Of a DNA stretch of 64,000 bases, positions 18,934 to 32,400 are shown piece after piece (position 1 is the stretch's first letter; every line of letters begins with the position of its first letter). Both the position numbers and the translations under genes were made by a program. The notes beneath the pieces were generated by a model. That model saw nothing but the letters and a program-made list of their open reading frames with translations, was not told the DNA's origin and made no database searches. Source of the stretch: Marinoscillum sp. (GTDB lineage Bacteria; Bacteroidota; Bacteroidia; Cytophagales; Cyclobacteriaceae). Location: positions 4,739,171 through 4,803,170 of the forward strand of contig NZ_CBDDJZ010000001.1 in assembly GCF_965229915.1 (NCBI RefSeq), in the 5' to 3' direction.

Positions 18934-20955
18934 ATGGAAAGTGAGTTTTTAAATCGTGTGAAAAAGACCACATTGGAGCATCTCTCCGATGAGCAATTTG
19001 GGGTATCTGAGTTGGCAGACGAGGTGGGGATGAGCCGATCAAATCTACTCCGCAAGATCAAGTCCGAAACGTCACTTTCCGCTAGTCAGTTTATTCGCAA
19101 TATTCGCTTAGAGGAGTCTCGAGAATTTTTACAAAAAGGCGATCTGAACATTTCAGAGATTGCAAGGAAAGTGGGCTTTGGGAGTACTTCTTATTACATC
19201 AAGTGTTTTAGAGAAGCCTACGGTCATTCACCCGGATCTGCTCCCAATCAGGAACCGGTTGAGAAGTCCTCATCCAATTCTTTCCGATCCTGGATCCTGG
19301 TAGGTGTCGTCATTGTAGTGATAGGAGCCAGTTTGGTGCTGTGGCTGACTTCTCGGACAGCTGAACCATCCAGGCCTGCTGAGAAGAGCATAGCCGTGTT
19401 ACCTTTTAAAAACGACAGTCCTGATTCTTCCAATATTTACCTGATCAATGGACTGATGGAAAACACGCTGAATAATCTGCAGAAGATCAAGAATCTTAGG
19501 GTGGTTAGTCGTACCTCAGTAGAGCCCTATAGAAACACAGCCAAAACTGTCCCAGAGATAGCACAGGAACTGCCAGTTAATTACCTGGTAGAAGGGAGTG
19601 GTCAAAAAGTAGGTAAACAGATTCAGCTGAACATTCAGCTAATCGAAACAGCCACTGATAAGCGGATCTGGTCACAGCAATACAACCGGGAGGTAGAGGA
19701 TATTTTTCAGTTGCAACAGGAAGTAGCCAACAGCATCGTTTCGGAAATAAAAGTGATGATCACGCCGGAGGAACAGTTGAGAATAGAAGCGATACCTACT
19801 AAGAATCTGGAGGCGTATGACTTGTTCCTGAAAGGACGAGAAGAGATCAGTGTGCAAAGCACCGAGGGATTGGTACAGGGGATTTCTTACTTCAAACAGG
19901 CTGTGGAGTTGGATGAGGAGTTTGGTGTAGCTTACGCATATCTGGCTGTGTGTTATTACTACATGGACTACTTCAAAAAAGACAAAGAATATACTGATCA
20001 GATAAGTGATTTTTCGGATAAGGCTCTGCTTTATGCTTCAGAGTCACCTACCAGCATGATCGCGCGGGGTTTGTATAACATGCATTTGGAGCAGTATGAC
20101 GAAGCAGAGAAGTATTTTTTAAAGGCTTATGAATTTGCACCGGGCTCTGCTGATATAGTCAATCGGCTGTCGGATTTCTACACGAGTTATCGTCCTAATA
20201 CGGAAAAGTACCTGGAGTTTGCTCTTCGGGGCCTTAGACTCTCCACAAACACATCCGATTCGGTTACTACTAGCTATCTATACCTGCACCTTAGCAATGC
20301 ACTGATCCAAACGGGATTTGTAGATGAAGCACTCAATGCCATCAATCAAAGTTTGGATTACTTTCCTGAGAATCCATATGCCTATTTAAGAGCTTACATC
20401 CTCTACGTTAAAAATCAGGACCTGATTCAAACACAGAACATACTGATCCATGAGTTTGAAAAGGATACTACAAGACTGGATATCCTGCAGGAAATAGGTA
20501 AGATCTACTATTATGATCATCAGTTTGATAAGGCGTATGAGGTTTATCATAGATTTGTCAATTTGCGACAAACATTAGGTCTCGATGTTTATCATTACGA
20601 GCATCTGAAAATTGGAGATTCCTTTATCAGAAATGGGCGTAAAGAGGAAGGACTAGCTCTGATCAAGAGCTTCAAAGAATACGCAGAGCAAGATAAGTCC
20701 AGGTACAAAGACGGAAATCTAGCCGCGTATTATGCTTACCACCAGCAACTTGATAGTTCACGCTTCTACATGGAGCGTTTCTCCAGTGTAGATAACTTTC
20801 CCTATTGGGTGCTGTTGTTCATTGAGAAAGATCCGGTCATGGCTCCAATAGTGAACAAAGTCTGGTTCCAACAAGTATTGCTCACCATGAAGAATCGGTT
20901 CTGGAAAAATCATGATCGAATAAAGAAGCAGCTCGAAAGGGAAAACCTACTCTAA
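18934..20955 (+). CDS. membrane-anchored AraC-family regulator with TolB-N-like and TPR sensor region
   Basis: N-terminal AraC HTH (GMSRSNLLRKIK...VGFGSTSYYIKCF), TM helix, KSIAVLPFKN motif, TPR repeats; the ORF track starts at TTG 18907. Confidence 0.88.
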   Translation: MESEFLNRVKKTTLEHLSDEQFGVSELADEVGMSRSNLLRKIKSETSLSASQFIRNIRLEESREFLQKGDLNISEIARKVGFGSTSYYIKCFREAYGHSPGSAPNQEPVEKSSSNSFRSWILVGVVIVVIGASLVLWLTSRTAEPSRPAEKSIAVLPFKNDSPDSSNIYLINGLMENTLNNLQKIKNLRVVSRTSVEPYRNTAKTVPEIAQELPVNYLVEGSGQKVGKQIQLNIQLIETATDKRIWSQQYNREVEDIFQLQQEVANSIVSEIKVMITPEEQLRIEAIPTKNLEAYDLFLKGREEISVQSTEGLVQGISYFKQAVELDEEFGVAYAYLAVCYYYMDYFKKDKEYTDQISDFSDKALLYASESPTSMIARGLYNMHLEQYDEAEKYFLKAYEFAPGSADIVNRLSDFYTSYRPNTEKYLEFALRGLRLSTNTSDSVTTSYLYLHLSNALIQTGFVDEALNAINQSLDYFPENPYAYLRAYILYVKNQDLIQTQNILIHEFEKDTTRLDILQEIGKIYYYDHQFDKAYEVYHRFVNLRQTLGLDVYHYEHLKIGDSFIRNGRKEEGLALIKSFKEYAEQDKSRYKDGNLAAYYAYHQQLDSSRFYMERFSSVDNFPYWVLLFIEKDPVMAPIVNKVWFQQVLLTMKNRFWKNHDRIKKQLERENLL

Positions 20956-21168
20956 CACGTTTTCTATTCGCTATCTCTATTACTTCACGTTCGTTGTGAA
21001 CAACATCTCACTTGACTGGTTTAAGTCATACAACCAGTGGCAAAATGTCATCTACCTTCAGCTAGATTAACACCGTTTATTCGGCTAAATTATATGAGCG
21101 AAGGTTGCGCTCACTTTGATAAGAATAACTTATTGACTGATAAATGCAATAAATTAATATTATTCTAA

Positions 21169-23421
<2,253 letters not shown>

Positions 23422-23446
23422 GCGAGAATAGATTGTACCATAGTTT

Positions 23447-23477
23447 AAAGGTGACTTCATGAGGAGTCACCTTTTTT
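23447..23477. terminator. intrinsic terminator (bidirectional)
   Basis: AAAGGTGACT-TCATGAGG-AGTCACCTTTTTT. Confidence 0.85.
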
Positions 23478-23478
23478 G

Positions 23479-25467
23479 TTATATTTTCTCTAGAAGAACA
23501 GGTTCATTGAATTGTGTGATGATCTGATTGAAATAGTACTTTATACGTGAGTACTCATTGGAGTTGTAAATCGCCTTCTTAAAGTTGTATGTTCCTTCTA
23601 TTAGGAGCGTGTTACCATCTAAAGAGTATCGAAGGTTAATTTTTGCCAAGTCATTATCGATTTCTAATGGTTTAGGTATCTCAGAAACTCTATATCCATT
23701 AGGGATTTCCAGCTTGGTGTTGAATTGATCTTCCCATGGGTAGATGAAATCGACTGGATAGTTTCTTTTGTCTTTGGTTAATGAGTTTTTTGATATTGGT
23801 AAATTCAGAAATGGTTTGAAAATGATGCTTTCACCTAATTTTTCCGTTTCATATTCACTTGTTAAAAAGATCGAATACGGGCGAATATGATCATCATAAT
23901 TCATAGTCCTTGATCTATTGACTTTACCCACGCGATCATCGTAAAAATCACTGATCGACTTTTCATCATCCTCAAAGTTGTTTTTTAGTCTTAATGATTG
24001 GTATTCCGTTGCTTGAATGGATAGCTGGACCAATAGGTCTTTAGTAATCGTGTCTACTGACAAGACCAGCGACTTGATCTCAGTAGATGATATGTTATTT
24101 TCCAATGAAATCCACTGTGGGCTTTCTGAATCCTTTACCATCAGTCCTTTTTCATTAAAACATCGCAGTGGCAGACGGTTGTAAGGTAGCATGTTTTCTG
24201 TGGCATCTGCCAATAACTGAAAATCACTATCTATCATAGCGATCACGTAATTGGTGTAATGATCAAATGGATAATCGTTGGCTATTTTCCCATGATTTCT
24301 TGTGCTCAAGATCACAGGATATGATCGAATACCTGCTTCTTCAAGCATGCCAAGAAGAAAAAGGTTTATGTCTGCTGCATTGCCTTTTTTATTCTTATAG
24401 AAATCCTTTGGTGACTGAGAAGCGTATTTAGAATTGAAACCATCCCATTCAAAATTATTCTTTACATAATCAATGATCAGCTTGGTGTTTTCCATTGGAG
24501 ATTGACCAAGAGTGAGTTCCTCACTTAATATTTTCTTGGCAATGCGCGAGCTTCCTTTTTGATACTTACCAAAGCTCTCGTGTTTAATCAGTGATTCATT
24601 CAATGCTGGCCATGTAGAAATGATTTCGCGAGTTCCTCCTCTTGGGCTATGAAATTTAGACAGCTGAAAATCCATTTTGATGATATAATCATTGACAGAT
24701 GTAATGAAGGATTCATCCTCAAAGGCAGGAACGTCTTTCATCACGTAGGTGTGGATATAATCTTGAAACTCAAACCCACCGGTATTTTGTCCATAAGCCC
24801 CAGAACTAGGCGTGCCCCAGGTTCTGTTCTTCTTTGAAATCTCTGAGTGCTGATAGTCGAATCTACTGATACCTTGAACTGAAAAAATGTACTCATAAAA
24901 CGGAATCATACTTACCTGATATTCACTATAAATAGTTGGTATTCGATTCTGAAATGTCCAGTCCGGAAGGTTGAAGTGGAATGGGGTTTCTAGTTCATAT
25001 TGCACTTCAAGAACAGAGCCATTTTGCACATCTGGAAAGACAAATTTCTTTCTGAACCAATTTTTACTGATTTGCTCCTCATAGATCATGGATGGGTCCA
25101 CGACCTTTCGATGTATACGGCCGTTTTCTAAAGTATAAGTATAGGCGTCTATTGATTTGATTGTTTCTGTTCTTCCATAACCATCTACATAAAAAGGGAT
25201 TTCGAATTCAGAATACTCACTAGCCGATTTGTCAAATATCTTGATACGCTTGTGCCTTCTAAATCTGATGTCGTATCCATTTTCTGTATCAAAAAAAATC
25301 GATTCTCCCTTATCATATAAGATAACGGCTTTGGCCTCAGGGTCTTTTTCGTAGGATTCCATAGTCATTTCCTCCATGGAAATATTTCCAAATACCAACT
25401 GGGTAGTCTGAGCTAATGCTGAGGGTAAGATGCTGAATAAGTAGAGACCGATTAGATAAATTCTCAT
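23479..25467 (-). CDS. DUF3857 + transglutaminase-like domain protein (catalytic Cys absent)
   Basis: DPEAKAVILYDKG, FPDVQNGSVLE and W.FQ..IP..YSE motifs; KKGNAADINL in place of GDC. Confidence 0.88.
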   Translation of the reverse strand: MRIYLIGLYLFSILPSALAQTTQLVFGNISMEEMTMESYEKDPEAKAVILYDKGESIFFDTENGYDIRFRRHKRIKIFDKSASEYSEFEIPFYVDGYGRTETIKSIDAYTYTLENGRIHRKVVDPSMIYEEQISKNWFRKKFVFPDVQNGSVLEVQYELETPFHFNLPDWTFQNRIPTIYSEYQVSMIPFYEYIFSVQGISRFDYQHSEISKKNRTWGTPSSGAYGQNTGGFEFQDYIHTYVMKDVPAFEDESFITSVNDYIIKMDFQLSKFHSPRGGTREIISTWPALNESLIKHESFGKYQKGSSRIAKKILSEELTLGQSPMENTKLIIDYVKNNFEWDGFNSKYASQSPKDFYKNKKGNAADINLFLLGMLEEAGIRSYPVILSTRNHGKIANDYPFDHYTNYVIAMIDSDFQLLADATENMLPYNRLPLRCFNEKGLMVKDSESPQWISLENNISSTEIKSLVLSVDTITKDLLVQLSIQATEYQSLRLKNNFEDDEKSISDFYDDRVGKVNRSRTMNYDDHIRPYSIFLTSEYETEKLGESIIFKPFLNLPISKNSLTKDKRNYPVDFIYPWEDQFNTKLEIPNGYRVSEIPKPLEIDNDLAKINLRYSLDGNTLLIEGTYNFKKAIYNSNEYSRIKYYFNQIITQFNEPVLLEKI

Positions 25468-27308
25468 TGAATAATGTATGCTATAGTTTTTTGAAAATTA
25501 ATTACCTGATTAATGAAGGAGTGGAATGAGTGATAGTCTTTGATGTCAATTTCACCCGAATGAATCAGGAAATGTTCTTTGGTGGTATAAGAATTACCAT
25601 TTTGCTCTACAGAAAATGAATACCTCCCGAAATCACTCTCAATCAGTGTCTCATCTGGTAGCTGGATTCGGTCAAAGCTAGTTGGATCCAATTCATACTT
25701 GCTCTCATTTATCCTATTGATGGGATAGCTAAACTGAACATTGAGCGTTCGTTTTTCTGGCCCTTCAAAATCAGGAATACTTACACGAATGGGGTTGATA
25801 ACACGCATTTTACCAATATTTCTGGCCGTGTAAGAGGTTGTTCCAGATAGTTGTAATTTTAACTTTACACTGTCTCTGTGGAAATCTCTCAAGGTCCATT
25901 CAGCTGCTTTTAATTCTTTTAGATGACTTTCTACTTTAAGTTTTTCCAGCAGCTCTTCTTGTTTGATATTGGCCAGATAGTATCTAAAGTCTTCCATTTT
26001 ATCACCCTGCCATTGAAAATCCACTGAGACACGAAATGAACGATCATCCATCTCCTCAAAAACATATTTATTGAATTCGAGGACATCTTCTGGATTAAGC
26101 TCTGGTGTTTTAAAAAGTTGACTTTTAGCACCATTCACAACCAGAGCTTGTCTGTTTTGAGTGAAGGTGCCTAGGTACCCAAAGGGTAGTGTGTTTGACG
26201 TATTTTCCAGCCAGATTGTGTCGTTTTCAAGAGGTATTTGCAATATTACATGATTGAATTGTTGGCTTGGATGAGATGTGATGATTGATTCAATACTTTT
26301 GCCAGCACGAATGTCTACATAATTGGAAGAGATACCCGCACTTTTGAGGAGAGCTTTCATATATGTGGTGAGGGCTTTACAGTCCCCATATTTGTTTTTG
26401 CATACATAAGAAGCAGGGTAACTTTGAAGTCCACCTACATCAATTGCCACGTTCACATAAGATGTTTCGTCCTGGAGGTGGTGATAAAGTGTTCTAATGA
26501 TTTCTCTTTCATCCTCCATGCCACTGATCAGCTCGACAATCCTGTTCGATTCATATAAGGTGAGTTCATCTAACCCGCTATTTAGCTCTTCTACCCATTG
26601 ACCATATGACGCCCAGCTATTAGACACTCCAGACACACCATAGATAAAGCTGTTTGGTACGATGGAAACGAGTGGGATCAGTTCTCTAAGTTGAGGTGAA
26701 TAGATCTCTGTGGGTGGGGTAGAATAGTTTTGGTAAGACCAGGAAAATGACTTTGTATCCTCTGTTAATGACTCAGATCTCTTAAACCTTTCCGAGTTCT
26801 GATGAATGTTTATTTCATAGTCCTTTGGTGTGGTTAATTTCAGACTACTTTGAAGAGTGGTGACATTCGTTCTAACCAAAGGAGTCCACCAACAAGCATA
26901 TACAAATTCAGTCTCTTCTAGGGTATAAGAGTAGGCAATTTGGTAAGGATAGGAATTCCAATACAGATCAAATTCACTAATCAGATCATCCTGGTAAAAG
27001 GTACTGTAGGATAGGTTGCTTCTGGTTTCAATTTCCTTCTTTTTAATTTTTCTAACTACGTTACCGGAGGCATCGATAATCTGCGCATAATGGATATCTA
27101 GTTTTTGATTTGGGCTGTGAGCTATTTCTACCTCTGAAAGCCAATTAGATTCTTTACTATTGATTTGAATCAAGTAGGTAACCTCTGTTGTTTTTTGTCC
27201 CTTTTCATCTATGATGACATGCGTATCGTAATTCAGTATCTGACCGAAAGATGGTAAGCCAACAAGGTTACCGATCATTAGAAGCAGTGCTAGTCGAATG
27301 TTAATCAT
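25464..27308 (-). CDS. DUF3857 + transglutaminase-like domain protein (Cys/His retained)
   Basis: YGDCKALTT and FNHVIL motifs; start placed at MINIRL. Confidence 0.88.
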   Translation of the reverse strand: MINIRLALLLMIGNLVGLPSFGQILNYDTHVIIDEKGQKTTEVTYLIQINSKESNWLSEVEIAHSPNQKLDIHYAQIIDASGNVVRKIKKKEIETRSNLSYSTFYQDDLISEFDLYWNSYPYQIAYSYTLEETEFVYACWWTPLVRTNVTTLQSSLKLTTPKDYEINIHQNSERFKRSESLTEDTKSFSWSYQNYSTPPTEIYSPQLRELIPLVSIVPNSFIYGVSGVSNSWASYGQWVEELNSGLDELTLYESNRIVELISGMEDEREIIRTLYHHLQDETSYVNVAIDVGGLQSYPASYVCKNKYGDCKALTTYMKALLKSAGISSNYVDIRAGKSIESIITSHPSQQFNHVILQIPLENDTIWLENTSNTLPFGYLGTFTQNRQALVVNGAKSQLFKTPELNPEDVLEFNKYVFEEMDDRSFRVSVDFQWQGDKMEDFRYYLANIKQEELLEKLKVESHLKELKAAEWTLRDFHRDSVKLKLQLSGTTSYTARNIGKMRVINPIRVSIPDFEGPEKRTLNVQFSYPINRINESKYELDPTSFDRIQLPDETLIESDFGRYSFSVEQNGNSYTTKEHFLIHSGEIDIKDYHSFHSFINQVINFQKTIAYIIQ

Positions 27309-27464
27309 TAAATCTATACTTGGAGGTTTTGGCGGCCTCATTCGGGCTAAAAGTAACTAAAAATTGTATATCACGATTCTATTTTTACAATTTGCTCTGG
27401 TTGGAGAAGTTTTGACCTATATTACCTCCATTACTACGTAAATTCAAAAATGACCAGTATAGGT

Positions 27465-28289
27465 TTACTTCCTCAACCAGTCGTTTTTAGAAAGCTCCTC
27501 ACTCTTTTGCCCGCCAACAAACTCAAATGAGATGGACTTGAGGCCGTCATTATTGTTTGCAGGAATTAGGACATTGAAGTGGAGATGCTCAATATCTGTT
27601 TGACCGGTTTTGCCTGACAGTCCTATGGGTTGCCCGCGATTCACATAATCTCCTACGTTGACAAAGCTTCCGTCTTTGGTCAGATGTACAAACTGAGTAA
27701 ATAAACCAGAATTGGGATCGTAAACTGTAAGGTAATTTCCAAAAGGTTTCCATTGATCTCCTTTGCCTCCGTACTCATACGCCTCAACAACACCGACTAT
27801 AAAACCACTGGTAGCAGCACAAATCGTGTCATTTGTTTTGAGATTAAAATCAACGGCATACCGGGACCAACTTGAATTGTGAGTATAGTTGGAGTTGTTT
27901 CCCTGGATCACACGATATTCCTTTCCTTCAGTAAAGGGCAGGTCCACTGGAATGGGATTGGTTGCTTTTTTGAGACTCCCAAGACGAGAAGCAAATTGAA
28001 TTTCACTCCGAACAGGGCTTGTTGTCTGGAAGTGTAGAAGCGTATCTGATACTCCTTCTAGCTCTACAGGATTGATTTTGTTGAATACGGCCTGTAGGTC
28101 CTTATCAGGTGTTTGTATCCATACCCTTAGAGGGCATTGGAGAGGATTGCCAAGCTCAATGGACAGGTGATCGTTATCCACCGCATAAGCATGCTGGTAG
28201 GTATACTGAGCATGATGCTTAGTGGGAAGCTGTACGGACTGGCAACCAACTAAAGTGACAAGAAATAACTGACAAATCAGGGATTTCAT
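27465..28289 (-). CDS. M23 family metallopeptidase lipoprotein
   Basis: Lipobox LVGC; H.....YAVDF, FVHL and HLHF zinc motifs. Confidence 0.9.
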   Translation of the reverse strand: MKSLICQLFLVTLVGCQSVQLPTKHHAQYTYQHAYAVDNDHLSIELGNPLQCPLRVWIQTPDKDLQAVFNKINPVELEGVSDTLLHFQTTSPVRSEIQFASRLGSLKKATNPIPVDLPFTEGKEYRVIQGNNSNYTHNSSWSRYAVDFNLKTNDTICAATSGFIVGVVEAYEYGGKGDQWKPFGNYLTVYDPNSGLFTQFVHLTKDGSFVNVGDYVNRGQPIGLSGKTGQTDIEHLHFNVLIPANNNDGLKSISFEFVGGQKSEELSKNDWLRK

Positions 28290-28291
28290 TG

Positions 28292-28939
28292 CTACTCATC
28301 TACTCCAGCTATAACATGGTCCACTTCTTTCATGAGTTTATCCAGAGCAGCCAGATATTGCTCCTGACTAAGATCCTCCTGGTTGGATAAGTTATCTATT
28401 TCATCAACCAGCTGTGATTCTATTGCCTGCTGAATGGAGTCCTCGGTTCTATCGGAGTTGTGGAGCATGAGCGCATTTTTAATGTGCAGTTGCGCATATT
28501 TTAGTGCGGAGCGGGATTCATCCAGCTTGTCTGAAGTGGAGTATTTTTGGGCTACTTCCAGCTCAGCACGGGCCAGGTTGCTCAAGGCATACTCAAATGC
28601 TTTCAAGAGCTCTGCAGAAGGTATGGAGTCACGAATAATTCGCTTATGCACAGCCTCCAGTTTTTGGATGGTTTGCTCCAATCGCTCGAAGCTTTTATCA
28701 TCCACATCGGTTTCCAGTTTCCAAATGGCCTGAATGGCTTGCTCTATGCTATTAGCACTCTTATCATGACGCTGCTCGTCCTCATAGTCTTTTGCTTCCA
28801 GTAAATAGTCATCTGGTTTGGCAGCAGGACTATTGATGGTGGGATGTTGCTCCACACTAAGATCTTCCTGATGCCAGAAATATAACATGCTATAAAAACC
28901 ACCAATGGCTAGAATGATGATGATGTATCTCTTTTTCAT
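28292..28939 (-). CDS. membrane-anchored helical hypothetical protein (YfdX-like helices)
   Basis: N-terminal TM segment, all-helical body; family assignment tentative. Confidence 0.65.
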   Translation of the reverse strand: MKKRYIIIILAIGGFYSMLYFWHQEDLSVEQHPTINSPAAKPDDYLLEAKDYEDEQRHDKSANSIEQAIQAIWKLETDVDDKSFERLEQTIQKLEAVHKRIIRDSIPSAELLKAFEYALSNLARAELEVAQKYSTSDKLDESRSALKYAQLHIKNALMLHNSDRTEDSIQQAIESQLVDEIDNLSNQEDLSQEQYLAALDKLMKEVDHVIAGVDE

Positions 28940-29050
28940 GTAGGGGCAATTTACGTCAAAAATCAACTTTTATGGTAAGGTTAAATGCCTTATTTGAGCA
29001 CATGCTATGCTATATGAGTCTAACCAGTTTTTCGGAGTAAAATGTTCACT

Positions 29051-29401
29051 TTATTCGCCTATTACCCCTAGGTGAGTATTTTTAAAGTGGTCAGGATATT
29101 TTAGTCCATATCCGAATATTCTGTCCATACTCGCATGTCCGAAAAGGATGATGCCTATCAAGGCCACCCAGTCATTACCGATCCAATATCCCAAAAGAAG
29201 TACAATTACTGCCAGCCCTTTATGATGAAAAAGGTTATAGGTCAGCGCACCGATCCTGGCGCCAAAGGCATATCCGATCATGCCGATATCAGGCAAAAGG
29301 ATAAATGCTGGAAAATACCACCAGGCAAAATCTAAACGGGTAAATAGATATATCGATAGCCCAAATAACGCGAGCTCTTCCAGTTTGAGAGTTGTTTTCA
29401 T
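29051..29401 (-). CDS. DUF4260 family membrane protein
   Basis: LLPDIGMIGY, YNLFHH and H..MDR.FGYGLKY...F..THLG motifs. Confidence 0.9.
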   Translation of the reverse strand: MKTTLKLEELALFGLSIYLFTRLDFAWWYFPAFILLPDIGMIGYAFGARIGALTYNLFHHKGLAVIVLLLGYWIGNDWVALIGIILFGHASMDRIFGYGLKYPDHFKNTHLGVIGE

Positions 29402-29463
29402 AATCTAAGGGTACCTTATCTTCGTGAAGATACAACAACATAGCAATCTGCAAGAATTGTTGC

Positions 29464-32400
29464 TTATCTCTTGATTATCTTGATTCTCGTTGATTCCTTT
29501 TGATTGGTCATAATTAAAAGGTATTGACCGCTTTTTAAGTTTTCTATATTGATAGAATAGTTTGAGTCTACTTTGAGCTCATGCATTACTCCCTGCATAT
29601 CAACTATTCGAAGCCTGTAATCTTTAATGGAATGATTGAACAAAAGTCTATCTGAAGTAGGATTTGGGTATAGCACGTAACTACCGATTTCGCTTACTCC
29701 TAAAACTTCAAGAATCTCAAATTCAAAATTAGCCGTAACAGGTAGATAGAACTGGTTTCCTTCTTGAGTAGCCGATATTACCACAGTGCCACTACCTATT
29801 ATGCTTGCAGTTGTTCCATTCAGCTCAATTGGACCACTAATGAGTTCCAAAGCCACCGCCTCTCCTGATGTTGCCGTAATAAGTATTTCGAAGGACCCTG
29901 TTTCATAAGGGATGTCTGATTGATTTTCAAAGCTTAGAATCTGTTCTTCCTTATTAATGAAGAGTGAGTAGGTTCTCTCAAATGGGAAGTAATACTTATT
30001 ACCCGCTTGAGAAGCTTGAATGACTACTTCACCCGTACCAGTAATAGTGAAAACATTATTATCTAAAATAACGGGTCCACTGATCAGACTAATTTCAACA
30101 GGTAAATCCGAGTTGGAAGTTAAAGAGACGGTAAATGATTCATCACTCACTAAGTAATCTTGTATACCAGTAGTAGATATTTCTTGAGAGTCAAGCAGAA
30201 CAAATTCAGTAGATGCGAAATCTGATGTTAGATAATTGATGATTTGGTTATTTGGTGCATCGGTATTGTACTCAAATACTGAAAGGTAATAATCAGTAAG
30301 TGTATTTAATCCTGAGATATTGAACTCCGAGCCATCTCCTTGGTAAACTACATAGTTGTTGTTGCCCAAATCAGAGCCGATTCCGAAATTCGCGTTGGAG
30401 GCATAAAACGTTCCATCAACAGGATAGGCATCTACTTCAGATTCTGCTTTGATGATCACAATTCTGCCTGAGTTTTCGAGTTCATTCATCGTGATGGTCA
30501 TCACATCATCTTCCTGTGAAATATCCAGTATTTCAGTTGTAGAAGAAGATGGCTCCACGACGGTATTATTTCGCACGATGTGAATAAACTCACCGCTCAT
30601 ACTGATTCTAATAAAGTCTGTCAGTTCATCCGAATCAATGTCTTGAGCAATAACATGATTTTGACCATATGGCTCCAAACCAGGATAAGACAATTCTAAC
30701 CCTTCCTCTTTATTGAGGATAAAACTACTGACCAGATTGTCGAATTCATTTAGAAATAGGTCAATATCCCCGTCATTGTCAAAATCATTACTGATGATAT
30801 CGACGATTTTGTAATTTCCATTAACGGAAAATGTTTCTGACGGAGAGAATCCTTCTGATATGCTATTTCTACGAAAGATCTTTACCTCAAAAATGAAATT
30901 GGTTTCGTTTAAAGTAGCAACTATCAACTCTTTAACTCCATCACTATCCAGATCAATGACTTCCAAAGAGGTGGCAAATTGATCGTCCTCGAGGACCACT
31001 GATTCTGGAGAGTTGAATCCACCGGCTTGGTTATTCAAAAAAATCTTCACTTCAGGCGCATTGTAAATAGAGACAATTAGATCGTCCCAGTCATCTCCGT
31101 TGATGTCTTGAATCTGGATGTCTTCAATGATGGAGTTGAATACTAAATTAGGATTTATGACTGTTGAATAATACTCATCATAGTTGTCGTCATTCCTTAA
31201 AAAGGCTATGTTGTAATCAAAGGCTGTTATTATCTCAAGAGTCCCATCTTTGTTAAAATCATTGAAATAGACATGTTGGTCGCTGGTGAGGTACTTATAA
31301 GGAGACGGGGGATTAAACGAGCGATCTTGTAGATTCAAATGCTTCTCAGATCCAACAAAACTTCCACTGGCTGATTTGTAAGTTGATATTATATCTACAT
31401 AACCATCATTGTTTATGTCAAGCAGGTACCCAGAATTGGTGAATTCATGAGATTCATATACTTCATACTCAGAATCAAATCCATCTCTATTGCCATAAAA
31501 CACATAAATGCCACCATTCACACTAAAGATGACTAAATCCTTGAACCCGTCATTATCCAAATCTCCAAGTTGACAGCTATTATTGGATGCAGGAACCGGT
31601 CTTAATCCGACTGTAGTGTAAACTTCGTTACTAGAGATTTGAGGGTAAAGCGGGAGAAAAACAATTTGATTCAAATTTAAACCCATACCAATTATATCTG
31701 GAATGCCGTCGCTATTGAAATCCGCAAAGCGAGGGTTTTCAAATTTTGGTATTTCAAAACTGATTTCCTCGGGCTCTTGAAAAGTACCATCACCATTACT
31801 GGTCAATAGTTCTAGGCTCGATTGTTTACAGCTTATTAGGATGTCTTTTCGACCATCGCTATTATAGTCATAAGGAACTATCGCGTACATATTGTATGAA
31901 TTGTAGGTGTGGGTTAACTCATATATTTCACCCTGATCCACATGAACTTCTAGGGAGTTCTCAGGACTGTAAAGGACGAGATCCTGAATCCCATCCATAT
32001 TGAAATCAGCTACTCCAAAAGTGGTGTTGCCTGCAGGTACTGATTTGTCAAGAGAAAAGGTGAAATCCAAATTTTTAAGAAGGTGTATTCTTGAATTGTT
32101 GAGGTCTAAGAAGACAATATCTTCATCCTGGTCTCCCTCAATGTCTACAATTTGAAAATCAAAGACACTTCCGATTTCATCAATGCCTTCCGTGAGATTC
32201 GTGCTAGAGCTAAAGCTTCCATCACCATTTCCCTGTACAAAATATATTTCGAACGAATCATTAAAAACAATATCAATGTCACCGTCACCATCGAGATCAT
32301 TTAGGTGAACATAACGCGAATTAATCTCTGATAGCGTCCTTGAATGTTCTATGCCATCTGAAGTCCCTTCAAAGATCAAAATCTCACTATTGGTATTGAT

